Positions 31,193 through 41,716 of a stretch of DNA of 64,000 nucleotides are shown here, in pieces. Below the pieces are notes generated by a model. The model did no database searches and was not told the origin of the DNA. It saw only the letters and a program-made list of their open reading frames with translations. How positions within the stretch are numbered: position 1 is the first letter of the stretch; each line of letters starts with the position of its first letter. The stretch is from NCBI GenBank assembly GCA_963737155.1, contig CAVTRN010000002.1, forward strand, positions 1-64,000. Direction: 5' to 3'. Position numbers and translations under genes: made by a program. The stretch comes from Nitrospirota bacterium (GTDB lineage: Bacteria; Nitrospirota; UBA9217).

Positions 31193-33997
31193 ATGTTAAT
31201 CCAGGAAGACTATTTCAAGAACATTTTTAATACAGCGCGTGAAGGCATGCTCATACTGGATGAAAACATGAGAGTTCTGTCGGCCAATCGCAGTTTCTTA
31301 AATATTTTTAAAGTAGATAGCGCAAATACTGTCGGCTTTTTTTTATACGATCTTGGAAACGGACAATGGAACATCCCGGAACTTCGCGTGATGCTTGAGG
31401 AAATTTTACCGAAGAATGACACAGTTAATGACTATGAAATTGAACATGTTTTTGAGAGCATCGGACTGAAAACCATGCTCCTTAACGCCTGCAAGATCAG
31501 AGAAAAGAATAATGACCTGCCGGTAATCTTTCTCGCCATTGAGGACAGTACCGAACGCAGGCTACTGGAAAATCTGTTAACAGAGTCTGAAGAGCGCTAT
31601 AGGCGTCTCTTTGAGACCGCAAGCGACGGGATAGTGCTTCTCGAAAAACGCGGAGGGAGTATAATTCATGCTAATCCGGCCGCCGAGAAAATGCTGGGTT
31701 ATTCGAAAGAGGAGTGTATCGGGAAAAACCTTCAGGATATCGGTGTATCACTCGATATGAGTGATTTCTCAACGATTATGCAAACCTTGAGCAAAAGCGG
31801 CACTATTAATTACGATGATGTTCAGGTAAAAACAAAGTCGGGAAAAGATATCTACACAGTTATATTTATGGCCGACAGGGCGAGGCTGGCACAATGTAAT
31901 ATCCGTGATGTCACGGAACGGAAGCAGAAGGATGATAACATCCGGAGCCTGAACCGGGTCTTATTGGCGCGCAGCGAAAGCAGCAAGGTCATGATGAGCG
32001 CCGGGGATGAGGAATGGTATCTTAATGAGGTCTGCCGGATCATTGTGGAGGTCTGCGGCTATGCCCTGGTCTGGATCGGGTTTGCAGAGAAGGACGAAGG
32101 CAGGACCGTAAGGCAGGTGGCTCACTTCGGCATTGATGAGGGCTACCTTGATACAATACATATCACGTGGGCGGATTCAGAACGCGGTCAAGGTCCTGTC
32201 GGAACAGCCATTAGAACAGCCAAACCTTCCATCGTACGCGACATCTTCGGCGACATTGCATTCGAACTTTGGCGCGAAGATGCTGTCAAGAGGGGATATG
32301 CTGCGATAATCAGCGTCCCACTTCTGACAGGGGGAAAAGCCTTCGGGTCTCTCAACATATACTCCAGACACCGAGATCCATTTTCCGAAGAAGAAGTGCA
32401 ACTGCTTAATGATCTGGCCGCGGATCTGTCTTACGGCATTGCCGCTATTAGGCTGCGTACCGTGCAGGCGGAAACGGCATCGGCGCTGCAGAAGAGCGAG
32501 CGCAAATACAAAAGCCTTGTTGAAACGACCATTGACGGTGTTTATCAAAGTGATTTAGATGGTAAATTTACATTTATAAATCAAGCTGGGGCCGAGATAT
32601 TCGGTCATGGAGCGCCGGATGAAATGTACGGCAAAGCTGTTATCGACTATTGGGTTGATCCTGGAGAAAGAATTAAGTTCGTCACCGAATTAAAGAATAA
32701 AAAAACCCTGAAATCCTATCCTTTGCGGGCGAAAAAGAAGAATGGAGTTGAGATTCAACTGGAGATGTCTAGCCACATTATTGAGGATGATCTGGGTCGT
32801 TTCACGGGGATAGAGGGCATATTGCGAGACGTGACCGAGAGGAAAAAACTTGAAGTCCAGCTCCGCCACTCTCAAAAGATGGAGGCAGTCGGTACTCTGG
32901 CCGGGGGTATTGCACACGATTTTAATAATATCCTAAATGTGATAAGTGGGTATGGCTTGATGGTGCTGAACAGTCTGGAAGCCGATAGCCCTTCAAAGAA
33001 ACACATGAATGAGGTGCTCACCGCTGCTGATAGGGCTGCGAATCTCACCAAAAGGCTGCTTGATTTCAGCAGAAAACAGGTTGTTGAAGTGAAGCCTATT
33101 AATATCAACGAGCTTATCCTCAACCTGCAGAAAATGCTTGTCCGGATTATCAGAGAGAGTATTGATTTTAATGTGGTCCTTGCGGACAGACCCTTGATAG
33201 TGCTGGCAGATGCCGGGCAAATTGAACTCGTGCTGATAAACCTTGTCACAAATGCCAAGGACGCGATGCAAGAGGGCGGACGGCTTACGATTAGCACTGG
33301 ATTTGAGGAATTGTATGATGAGCATGTTGTATTATATGGATATGGAAAGCCTGGCAAGTATGCGCTTATTAAGGTTGCTGACACAGGTCACGGGATGGAC
33401 GCCGAAACTCAGAAGAAGATATTCGAGCCCTTTTTTACCACAAAAGGTATTGGAGAAGGGACAGGGCTTGGACTTGCAATTTCCTACGGGATAATAAAGC
33501 AGCATGATGGATACATAAAAGTCTACAGCGAGCCAGGACAAGGAACTGTATTCAAAATATACCTGCCTCTCAGTAATGCAGCGGTATCTTCGGACAAGAA
33601 GACGGGGGCTGACTTCGCAGTCAAGGGCGGAAATGAGACCGTCCTTGTGGCCGAGGATGACGCTTCCTTGAGAAATTTGACAAACATAGTGCTGGAGTCC
33701 TTCGGTTACAGTGCTATCCTGGCAGTGGACGGCGAAGATGCCATCACAAAATTCATGGAGAACAAGGAACAAATTAGCCTCGTCCTGCTTGATACGATTA
33801 TGCCGAAGAAAAATGGGAAAGAGGTCAGTGACACAATCAAGAAAATCAATCCCCGGATGAAAATACTTTTTACGAGCGGATACTCCATGGATATTATCAA
33901 GACCAAGGAATCGGCAACAGCCGGTTCAGACTTCATCCAAAAGCCTTACCTGCCGAAAGACCTTTTGAAAAAGATGAGGGAGGTTCTTGATAGATGA
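31193..33997 (+). CDS. hybrid histidine kinase PAS-PAS-GAF-PAS-HisKA-HATPase-REC
   Basis: QKMEAVGTLAGGIAHDFNN, FEPFFTTK, GTGLGL, C-terminal receiver. Confidence 0.95.
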   Translation: MLIQEDYFKNIFNTAREGMLILDENMRVLSANRSFLNIFKVDSANTVGFFLYDLGNGQWNIPELRVMLEEILPKNDTVNDYEIEHVFESIGLKTMLLNACKIREKNNDLPVIFLAIEDSTERRLLENLLTESEERYRRLFETASDGIVLLEKRGGSIIHANPAAEKMLGYSKEECIGKNLQDIGVSLDMSDFSTIMQTLSKSGTINYDDVQVKTKSGKDIYTVIFMADRARLAQCNIRDVTERKQKDDNIRSLNRVLLARSESSKVMMSAGDEEWYLNEVCRIIVEVCGYALVWIGFAEKDEGRTVRQVAHFGIDEGYLDTIHITWADSERGQGPVGTAIRTAKPSIVRDIFGDIAFELWREDAVKRGYAAIISVPLLTGGKAFGSLNIYSRHRDPFSEEEVQLLNDLAADLSYGIAAIRLRTVQAETASALQKSERKYKSLVETTIDGVYQSDLDGKFTFINQAGAEIFGHGAPDEMYGKAVIDYWVDPGERIKFVTELKNKKTLKSYPLRAKKKNGVEIQLEMSSHIIEDDLGRFTGIEGILRDVTERKKLEVQLRHSQKMEAVGTLAGGIAHDFNNILNVISGYGLMVLNSLEADSPSKKHMNEVLTAADRAANLTKRLLDFSRKQVVEVKPININELILNLQKMLVRIIRESIDFNVVLADRPLIVLADAGQIELVLINLVTNAKDAMQEGGRLTISTGFEELYDEHVVLYGYGKPGKYALIKVADTGHGMDAETQKKIFEPFFTTKGIGEGTGLGLAISYGIIKQHDGYIKVYSEPGQGTVFKIYLPLSNAAVSSDKKTGADFAVKGGNETVLVAEDDASLRNLTNIVLESFGYSAILAVDGEDAITKFMENKEQISLVLLDTIMPKKNGKEVSDTIKKINPRMKILFTSGYSMDIIKTKESATAGSDFIQKPYLPKDLLKKMREVLDR

Positions 33998-35178
33998 GTG
34001 AAAAGATACTGCTCGTTGACGATGAAGAGGCCAATCTCAAGCTGCTCATCCAGTGGCTCATCCCATTAGGCTATGATATTGAACTTGCATCAAACGGGGA
34101 AGAGGCGGCGCAGAAGACCAGAAGCAGCAGGCCTGACCTGATAATACTTGATATCATGATGCCGGTCATGGATGGCTACGAAGCCTGCAGGATTTTAAAA
34201 GCAGACCCAGAGACAAAGAATATACCGATCATTATGGTGACGGCGCTTCACGAAAGGGAATCAAAATTAAAAGGGCTCTCGGTCTCCGCAAATGATTTTC
34301 TTTCCAAACCCATCGATCAAACCGAATTAATTATACGTGTTAAGAACCTTCTCAAAATCAAGGCATATGAAGACTTTATGCTCAGGCATAATCAGATGCT
34401 TGAAGAGGAGTTGATACACTCGAATAAGATGTCTGCTCTAGGGATGCTCGTCTCGAGTGTAGCTCACGAGGTGAATAATCCGAACAATTTTATCATGTTC
34501 AACAGTTCGCTCCTATCAGGTGTGTGGAAGGATATAGCAGCGATCCTCGACCGTTACGCGGCAGAGGATCCAACCTTCCGTATTGCGGGCTTGCCCTATA
34601 CCGAGATGCGCGAGGCTATTCCGAAACTGCTAGCGGGCATCACCGACGGATCCCGCCGAATCAAGGACATGGCGAGCCGATTGCGCGAGCTTTCCTGCGA
34701 GGACCGGTCAGGACTGGACGGTGTAATCGATGTCAATGCTGCTGTGCGGAGCGCGGTGATGATCATGGAGAATCAGATCATGAAGTACTCGGAAAATTTT
34801 GCGTTGGAACTCGCAGAATCGCTGCCCCCGGTGCCTGGTAGTAACCAGCAAATCGAACAGGTGGTCATCAATATAATCCAGAATGCACTGCAGGCGCTGT
34901 GCGACCGGCAAGGTATGGTTACGGTGAAGACCTTTTCCGATAATGCGAAACACCAGTCTGTTATCGAGGTGCGGGACAGTGGTCAGGGGATCTCCACTCA
35001 GAATCTTAAGCGCATCAAAGAACCGTTTTTTACGACCAAGCTGGATTTGGGAGGTACTGGTCTGGGTCTGTACATATCGAATTCGATTATACAGGACCAC
35101 CACGGTGCCCTTGATATTCAGTCCGAAGAAGGAAGAGGGACAACTGTCCGGGTTCACCTACCGGGAAAAGAAGTCTAA
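33994..35178 (+). CDS. receiver-histidine kinase hybrid
   Basis: ILLVDD...LDIMMP; VAHEVNNP; EPFFTTK; GTGLGL. Confidence 0.92.
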   Translation: MSEKILLVDDEEANLKLLIQWLIPLGYDIELASNGEEAAQKTRSSRPDLIILDIMMPVMDGYEACRILKADPETKNIPIIMVTALHERESKLKGLSVSANDFLSKPIDQTELIIRVKNLLKIKAYEDFMLRHNQMLEEELIHSNKMSALGMLVSSVAHEVNNPNNFIMFNSSLLSGVWKDIAAILDRYAAEDPTFRIAGLPYTEMREAIPKLLAGITDGSRRIKDMASRLRELSCEDRSGLDGVIDVNAAVRSAVMIMENQIMKYSENFALELAESLPPVPGSNQQIEQVVINIIQNALQALCDRQGMVTVKTFSDNAKHQSVIEVRDSGQGISTQNLKRIKEPFFTTKLDLGGTGLGLYISNSIIQDHHGALDIQSEEGRGTTVRVHLPGKEV

Positions 35179-35424
35179 TTTGAGCTGATGGATGACCTTC
35201 TACCCAATAACTGATTCAGCCAGAAGCGATAATCTCAGGTGTGCATGATACAACCAGCTATTCTTTGCCATCGTCAAAACATTGGCAGTGCAAGATAGAG
35301 GATTTTATGCAAACACTTCACATAATAGGTGTAGAGCGCAATATCCAGAAAATGCAACTCTTGTGATCTTCATGATGTAGTTCACGCCTATACGGGAGGA
35401 ATTGATTTACACAATATTATACTA

Positions 35425-35542
35425 TTGGTGTCTGTAATCTCGAAGATCAGAGGTTCAAATCCGGCCAACGCTACCAAATATATCAATGGGTTACAGCATA
35501 TCTGTAACCCTCTTTTTTATTATCAGGACAGAAACAGGACAG
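35425..35542 (+). repeat. tRNA-fMet-derived att-like site, copy D
   Basis: CGAAGATCAGAGGTTCAAATCCGGCCAACGCTACCA, TATCAATGGGTTA, hairpin GGGTTACAG..CTGTAACCC, then CAGGACAG twice. Confidence 0.85.
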
Positions 35543-35644
35543 CTTATTATTAAAAACTAGTTTATATTTCGTTATAAATATTGTATAATTATATACAAAT
35601 AATTGTACGAAATTATACAAATATTTGTACTTATTAATACAATA

Positions 35645-36224
35645 ATGGAATATAGAATTGATAAACAAGCAGTGCTAAACATAATGGAACAATGGAATCT
35701 TTTTTTACGAAAAAAGGTTCATCTCATTGCCTGTAGCGGAACCGCGATGACGTTATTAGGTGTTAAGTCTTCGACAAGGATATCGATTTCATGGTTCCAA
35801 ATGAGCCCGAATACGAGAATCTGATCAAGGTCCTTCAGCAACTCGGTTATGAGCAGGAGACAGCATCCGGGTGGAAACGAAAAGACGAAATCTTCAGATT
35901 CGACCTTTTTAAGGGGAACAAGATCCATACAACGGAATTGCCGAATCACCCCTTAAGAAAGAAAATCATACAGTTCTGAAGGAGTATTCACGCTTATATA
36001 TAGGGATACTGAATCCATACGATCTTATCGCGAGCAAACTGTTCCGCGGAACAGATGTTTATTTTCAGGATTGCCTCATGCTAGTAAGAGCCAATCGGAT
36101 CATCAACGTCGATCGTCTTAAACGCCACTACGAAGAAATGGTCAACTATGATGTTTCAGAACAGCGGATCAGTCCGCATATTGATCACCTTATCGAACTC
36201 CTCAGAGAGGAAAACCTAGTATGA
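35645..36224 (+). pseudogene. DUF6036-like nucleotidyltransferase, two frameshifts
   Basis: HLIACSGTAMTLLGVKSST / DIDFMVP... / LNPYDLIASKLFRG..FQDC spread over three frame segments. Confidence 0.7.
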
Positions 36225-36892
36225 CTAACAAAACTTTGATGGAAAAAGTAGCGCGGCTTGGATTGCCGCTCATGGAGACTAGCGAGGAAGTAGACGTAAA
36301 CCAGACTCTTGCCGAAGTCGTGAAAAGCGGTGATATCCGGCTTTGGGAAGGATTTCCCGTTTTGCTCTTAAACTCAATGAAGGACAACAACTTCAAGTAT
36401 GAACAGGTCTCAAATAACTTGACACCGAATGAACGAGCGACATTTCACGCGTTATTGCTTTTGTCGTTGACCCTCTATTTGAATTATCATCTTTCATTTT
36501 CATGGGTGAAACAGCTAAAGAACAGATTTTCGGACGAAGAGAAAAGTCGACTAAAGCAACTACGGAATTGGCTTGCCCATAACGATTCTTTTGTTTATAA
36601 CAACACGCGGTTTGACGCAATACGCCTAAAGAAAATGTTTGAGCTTTATTATGAGAAGGATGCAGAGAAGGGCAGGCAGAAGAAAGAAAGTTTTGAAAGT
36701 CTTTCTTTTGAATATTCATTATCTCAAATGTTTTCTCCCAAACAGAAAGAGTTGCTCAAGAAGAGGCTGGAGGGGCTGCCTTTGACAAAGACGGAACAAG
36801 AATATTATTCCCGGACAGTCAAGAAAAAGCTTGCCGCCCTGGCCAATTCGGAATTGCATCATACGGCACAGCGGTTATTGCAGCAGAGATAG
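36221..36892 (+). CDS. hypothetical partner of the nucleotidyltransferase
   Basis: 223 aa; ATGA overlap with the upstream gene; C-terminal LTKTEQEYYSRTVKKKL. Confidence 0.75.
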   Translation: MTNKTLMEKVARLGLPLMETSEEVDVNQTLAEVVKSGDIRLWEGFPVLLLNSMKDNNFKYEQVSNNLTPNERATFHALLLLSLTLYLNYHLSFSWVKQLKNRFSDEEKSRLKQLRNWLAHNDSFVYNNTRFDAIRLKKMFELYYEKDAEKGRQKKESFESLSFEYSLSQMFSPKQKELLKKRLEGLPLTKTEQEYYSRTVKKKLAALANSELHHTAQRLLQQR

Positions 36893-37005
36893 GCGGATCA
36901 ATCTGTACCCCTTTTTGTAACCCTCAGTGGGGAAAATGACCGGATGCTTAGACTAAGCGGAGACCAGCCACCTTCAATGGTTTATGCGTTTTTGGTCTTT
37001 TAGTA

Positions 37006-37092
37006 CTCATAACCCGAAGGTCGTCGGTTCAAATCCGGCCCCCGCTACCAAACTTATCATGGGGTTACAGCTTACGCTATAACCCTTTTTTC
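37006..37092 (+). repeat. tRNA-fMet 3' half (att-like site, copy E) with hairpin
   Basis: CTCATAACCCGAAGGTCGTCGGTTCAAATCCGGCCCCCGCTACCA (37006-37050) has the CAT anticodon and CCA end but no 5' half upstream. Confidence 0.92.
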
Positions 37093-37211
37093 TAACGGTT
37101 CTAATGCCCTGCCTTGTGTCCCGCCATAATAAAAATCGCAATTGTGAATGATAAGCCATTGAATTGATTGGGCGGGGATAGGGGAGATATCAAATCGGCA
37201 TCGGAGAGACT

Positions 37212-37313
37212 ACCCGATGGTCAGAGGTTCAAGTCCGGCCCTGGCTAGCAAACTCATCATGGGGTTACAGCATTTGCTGTAAACAATTTTTTTATCAGGC
37301 TGCATCAGGACAG
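37212..37313 (+). repeat. tRNA-fMet-derived att-like site, copy F
   Basis: ACCCGATGGTCAGAGGTTCAAGTCCGGCCCTGGCTAGCA, then CATCATGGGGTTACAGCATTTGCTGTAA and CAGGACAG. Confidence 0.85.
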
Positions 37314-37490
37314 TTACAATACAGTTCGAAATATGTAACGTTAAAACACCCGCGACTGCCGCCGGGGAGTTTCACCCTATACAGATTCCGAAGGATAGCT
37401 ATCAGACGTTACGATTCATTCCAGTCTAACCCACCGGCAATTCTACAAGTCGTCATTCCAAATGATGTCTGCCCACTTAGTTGTTCATCT

Positions 37491-37790
37491 TTATGTATGC
37501 TCAACACTAGCGTGCAATCGCAAACCAAGAGCGCGTACTACCTTGAGTATTGTGGCAAACTCCGGGTTGCCGTTGGGAGAGAGGGCTTTATAAAGGCTTT
37601 CGCGGCCAAGTCCGGCTTTGCGAGCAACCTGTGACATGCCCTTTGCTCTGGCAATGTCTCCCAAGGTTGCCGCAATCAGAGCCGGGTCGCCATCCTCGAT
37701 GGCGGCTTCAAGATAATTAGCCATGTCCTTGTCGGTCTTCAAATAATCCACTGCGTCCCATTTTGTCGTTTTAAGTTTTTCTTTTTTCAT
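37491..37790 (-). CDS. addiction-module antidote protein (HTH)
   Basis: WDAVDYL...GDIARAKGMSQVARKAGLGRESLYKALS..GNPEFAT. Confidence 0.92.
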   Translation of the reverse strand: MKKEKLKTTKWDAVDYLKTDKDMANYLEAAIEDGDPALIAATLGDIARAKGMSQVARKAGLGRESLYKALSPNGNPEFATILKVVRALGLRLHASVEHT

Positions 37791-37799
37791 GTTGTCCTC

Positions 37800-38090
37800 C
37801 TACAGAATCCGTGCCAAGTCGAGGGCTTTTTCAATGTCCCGCGCCTGTGTGCGTTTATCGCCGCCCGCAAGCAGGATTACCACTTCCCGGCCGCGCTTTA
37901 TGAAGTAAACCCGGTAGCCAGGACCGTAATCGATTCGTAGCTCCGAAACGCCCTCTCTCACAGGCGACACGTCTCCAGGGTTCCCTAGCATCATGCGCCG
38001 AAGCCGCGCGTTAATTCTTGCAACGGCCTGTCGATCACGAAGCCCCGTAAGCCAACGCTCAAAAACATCAGTCTTCCGAATTTCGATCAC
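37800..38090 (-). CDS. RelE/ParE-like addiction-module killer protein
   Basis: FERWLTGLRD...GVSELRIDYGPGYRVYF...LLAGGDKRTQ. Confidence 0.92.
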   Translation of the reverse strand: MIEIRKTDVFERWLTGLRDRQAVARINARLRRMMLGNPGDVSPVREGVSELRIDYGPGYRVYFIKRGREVVILLAGGDKRTQARDIEKALDLARIL

Positions 38091-38147
38091 AGACTAATTG
38101 TATCCTATGGGATTCAAAAAGCAAGCTCTATTTTTGAGTTATCTCCG

Positions 38148-38788
38148 AACTCTTTATGGTACTTTCAAAAGTCGCCACATGCTGAGGATTGTTGTGGAGG
38201 AACGGAGTTTCGATTCTTATTCTGCCGGGCACATAATTGTAATAATAATCTATGCCATGCCCTTCTTCATCAGACGTTTTTGCCTTAGACATAATAAAAT
38301 AACTTTTTTTTCGAGAACGCTGGTGATTTGTTCATGTTTGATCTTATTTTCATCGAAATGAATTAATGCGCTGCCGGTAACAGCGTCGGTTTCTACCGAC
38401 GTTATCCCTTCCAAACTCTTTATGGTACTTTCAAAAGTCGCCGCATTGCTGAGGATTGTTGTGGAGGAACGGAGTTTCGATTCTTATTCTACCGGGCACA
38501 TAATTGTAATAATAATCTATTCTATGCCCTTCTTCATCAGACGTTTTTGCCTTAGACATAATAAAATAACCCTTTTCCTCGAGAACGTTGGTGATTTGTT
38601 CATGTTTGATCTTATTTTCGTCGAAATGAATTAATGCGCTGCCGGTAACAGCGTCGGTTTCTACCGACGTTATCCCTTCCAAACTCTTTATGGTACTTTC
38701 AAAAGTCGCCGCATTGCTGAGGATTGTTGTGGAGGAACGGAGTTTCGATTCTAATTCTACCGGGCGCATAATGGTAATAATAACCCAT
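38148..38788 (-). pseudogene. HMA2-like domain gene, frameshifted and tandemly repeated (about 267 bp x 2.4)
   Basis: AACTCTTTATGGTACTTTCAAAAGTCGCC recurs near 38148, 38414 and 38682; peptide YYYH..PGRIRIETP...LEGITSVETDAVTGSALIHFD. Confidence 0.8.
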
Positions 38789-39428
38789 CAAATATTCCTC
38801 TCCTCTATTATTAAAATACGACACAGCACTGTTTAGCAAAGTTAAGTTATAAGTTAAGTCGCTTCAGGGTTAAGTGTGGGAGCCCTAATATGTTGATATA
38901 AGCTGTTTTCGCACTGAAAGGGGTAACTGATCGATAATGCAAGGCTTTCCACCTTAACTGCTGGGGTTTATTCTTTTTCCTCTATTCTACATTTTGGTGC
39001 TTCCCACACTCGTTCCGGAAGGGCCTAAGTTAATAGTATGTTGATTTCTTATACATCATAAATTATATAAAAACTATTAGAGATATTCAATCTCCCGTTT
39101 CAGCTTTCACCCATTTCGGTTAATTATTGAAAGGTTTTACTCTTTCTCGTCGCCCAATGGCGGCATGTTTAATGGTTGGAGTAACAACATGTATAATAAA
39201 ATTAGAGTCCTGTTTCTGTACACTCGATTAAGTAAATTCGTGTAGCGAATTCTGGTGGTCCATTCCTTTTTTACAAGGACTGAACTCAACACGCGGGCCT
39301 GTCGGTAAAAAACGCAAGACGTTCAAACATGATATAATATTGCAGAGTACAATCAATAATAACTAAAAGCTATCTTTGAAAACCATAAGTCATAATTAAT
39401 CGACAGGAACGAGTTTATTCGCCGGCAA

Positions 39429-39731
39429 ATGAAGTTTACGGCATTTGCCTCAATAATTCTGGTTTTGTCTCTCGGGATCGGAATTGGAGGGTATCATAGT
39501 TTTGGGAAACTGCCTTGGCTAGATGCCTTTCTCAATGCTTCAATGATTTTAACGGGAATGGGCCCAATCGATCATCTTGAAACGGACAGTGCCAAGTTAT
39601 TTGCTGCTTTTTATGCACTTTATAGCGGCGCAGCTTTTCTCGCGTTTGTTGGTGTACTATTTGCGCCTTTATACCACCGTTTCTTTCATAAATTTCATTT
39701 TAACATGGAGGATACTAAGGATGATCATTAA
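39429..39731 (+). CDS. small two-TM membrane protein (channel pore-like)
   Basis: LPWLDAFLNASMILTGMGP...KLFAAFYALYSG; possibly 5'-truncated. Confidence 0.7.
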   Translation: MKFTAFASIILVLSLGIGIGGYHSFGKLPWLDAFLNASMILTGMGPIDHLETDSAKLFAAFYALYSGAAFLAFVGVLFAPLYHRFFHKFHFNMEDTKDDH

Positions 39732-39981
39732 ACAGGGTATTGCTGTTGTAGTGCCTTAAAGTATTACACTGAATATATTTGTATTGGTATTCCTCAGCTA
39801 TTAAGCGGTAGCGTGTTCTGGATAAGTCTCCATTAAGGGAAATTCGCCGAATAAGACCGAGGAGAAAAACCTGGAGGTTATCGCCGGTAGTACAACACTT
39901 AGCCACACTCCATCAGAACTGTCCGGCCTGCAGAAATGATCGGAGGAAACAATCATAAAAGGCAAGAGGGAGGCGCAAGGC

Positions 39982-41667
39982 ATGCGGTTGCCCTTTTTTC
40001 AGGGAATCATTCCCATCAAAGGTTCGCAGGCGCTGACGGATATCATAGCCGGTCTCACGCTGGCCGCCCTCGCCATTCCCGAGGTGATGGGCTACACGAA
40101 AATATCCGGGACCCCCGTAATCACCGGCCTCTACACCATCCTCATCCCGATGACTCTATTCGCACTTTTCGGCTCATCCCGTCACCTTGTCGTCGGTGCC
40201 GACTCTGCGACGGCGGCTATTCTTGCCGGTACTCTCACCGGGATGGCCGTGATCGGGTCGGCTCAGTGGCTTGCGCTGGCTGAAGTCCTGGCGGCTCTGT
40301 CGGCCGGTTTGCTGATCATCGCCCGTATCATTCGCCTGGGGTTCCTTGCGGATTTTCTGTCTCGAACGGTGCTCATCGGGTTTTTGTCAGGTGTAGGCGT
40401 TCAGGTCGCTCTTGATGAAATCTCGACCATGTTAGGGCTTCCGGGAGGAGGGCATGGTCCAATCCAAAAGATCGTTAACGATCTTCATCAGGTCAAACAG
40501 ACGAATTTCTACGCCCTGGGTGTCTCCCTGGCCGTGCTTGCGGTTATCACCGGATCAAAAAAGATTTCAAAAAAGATCCCTGGTGCGTTGATCGCAGTAA
40601 CAGCAGCCATTGTCTCCAGCTCGGCGCTCAATCTTGAAGCTCACGGCGCACATGTGCTTGGCGCAGTTCCGAGCGGCCTGCCAGCGATCGGACTGCCTGA
40701 TGTGCATTGGGATACCGGCCTTATTTTGAAATTGCTTCCCACCGCGTTCGCCATGTTCGTGGTGATCCTGGCCCAGAGCGCGGCGACATCCCGCGTCTAT
40801 GCAACTCGCTACAACGAACGATTCAGCGAAAACGTGGATTTGGTGGGCCTGGGCCTTGCTAATGTTGGCGCCGCGCTGAGCGGGACTTTTGTTGTGAATG
40901 GAAGCCCTACCAAGACTCAAATGGTCGATAGTGCCGGCGGTCGCAGTCAGCTCGCCCAGATTACTGCAAGCTTCATTGTCCTTCTAGTGCTGCTTTTCCT
41001 GACGGGTCCGCTGGCCAGCATGCCAATTGCCGCCCTCTCCGCGGTAGTTTTCCTGATAGGCGTTGAATTGATCGATGTCAAAGGGATGCGGAAGATCTGG
41101 GTACAACGCCCGCCGGAATTCTGGGTGGCGTTGATCACGGCTATCGCGGTGATTGTAGTCGGTGTCGAGCAGGGTATTCTCCTTGCGATGGTACTGTCAC
41201 TCATAGAGCACGTGCGGCGAAGCTACCGATGTAAGAACGCCGTACTCGCACCTGACGAGAAGGGTGGCTGGCGGGCGTTGCCGGTGGCCACTCCTGAACA
41301 AGTCCGGCCCGGCCTACTACTATATAGCTTCAGTCATACTATGTACTATGCAAACGCCGAACAGCTCTCGACAGAGGTTGTCGAACTTGCAAAGGGGGCT
41401 CAGCCTCCCCTGATCTGGTTCTGTATCGACGCGTCGGCGGTTGCAGATGTTGATTTCACTGCGGCATCAACTATTCGCGACATCTACGGCATCTTAGAGA
41501 AGGAGGGCATCCGGCTTGTGTTTTCCGAAGTTATTGACCCCGTCAAGGCTGAGTTGGACAGATATGAGCTTACCGACCTGTTTGGGAAAGATGCCTTTTA
41601 CGATACAATCAATGCAGTAGTAAGTGCATATGACAATAGGTCTGCAGGCAACCAAGACAGGAAATGA
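39982..41667 (+). CDS. SulP-family anion transporter with STAS domain
   Basis: DIIAGLTLAALAIPEVMGY, FGSSRHLVVG, C-terminal IDASAVADVDFTAA. Confidence 0.95.
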   Translation: MRLPFFQGIIPIKGSQALTDIIAGLTLAALAIPEVMGYTKISGTPVITGLYTILIPMTLFALFGSSRHLVVGADSATAAILAGTLTGMAVIGSAQWLALAEVLAALSAGLLIIARIIRLGFLADFLSRTVLIGFLSGVGVQVALDEISTMLGLPGGGHGPIQKIVNDLHQVKQTNFYALGVSLAVLAVITGSKKISKKIPGALIAVTAAIVSSSALNLEAHGAHVLGAVPSGLPAIGLPDVHWDTGLILKLLPTAFAMFVVILAQSAATSRVYATRYNERFSENVDLVGLGLANVGAALSGTFVVNGSPTKTQMVDSAGGRSQLAQITASFIVLLVLLFLTGPLASMPIAALSAVVFLIGVELIDVKGMRKIWVQRPPEFWVALITAIAVIVVGVEQGILLAMVLSLIEHVRRSYRCKNAVLAPDEKGGWRALPVATPEQVRPGLLLYSFSHTMYYANAEQLSTEVVELAKGAQPPLIWFCIDASAVADVDFTAASTIRDIYGILEKEGIRLVFSEVIDPVKAELDRYELTDLFGKDAFYDTINAVVSAYDNRSAGNQDRK

Positions 41668-41716
41668 GCAAGTTCGTCCAGCGGATTTGGAGTTTGTCTC
41701 ATTAGCTGATTTGAGA

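Noticed and set aside
37006-37050. Functional tRNA-fMet gene
   Set aside because: Only the anticodon loop to CCA is present; upstream sequence lacks the 5' acceptor strand and D-arm.
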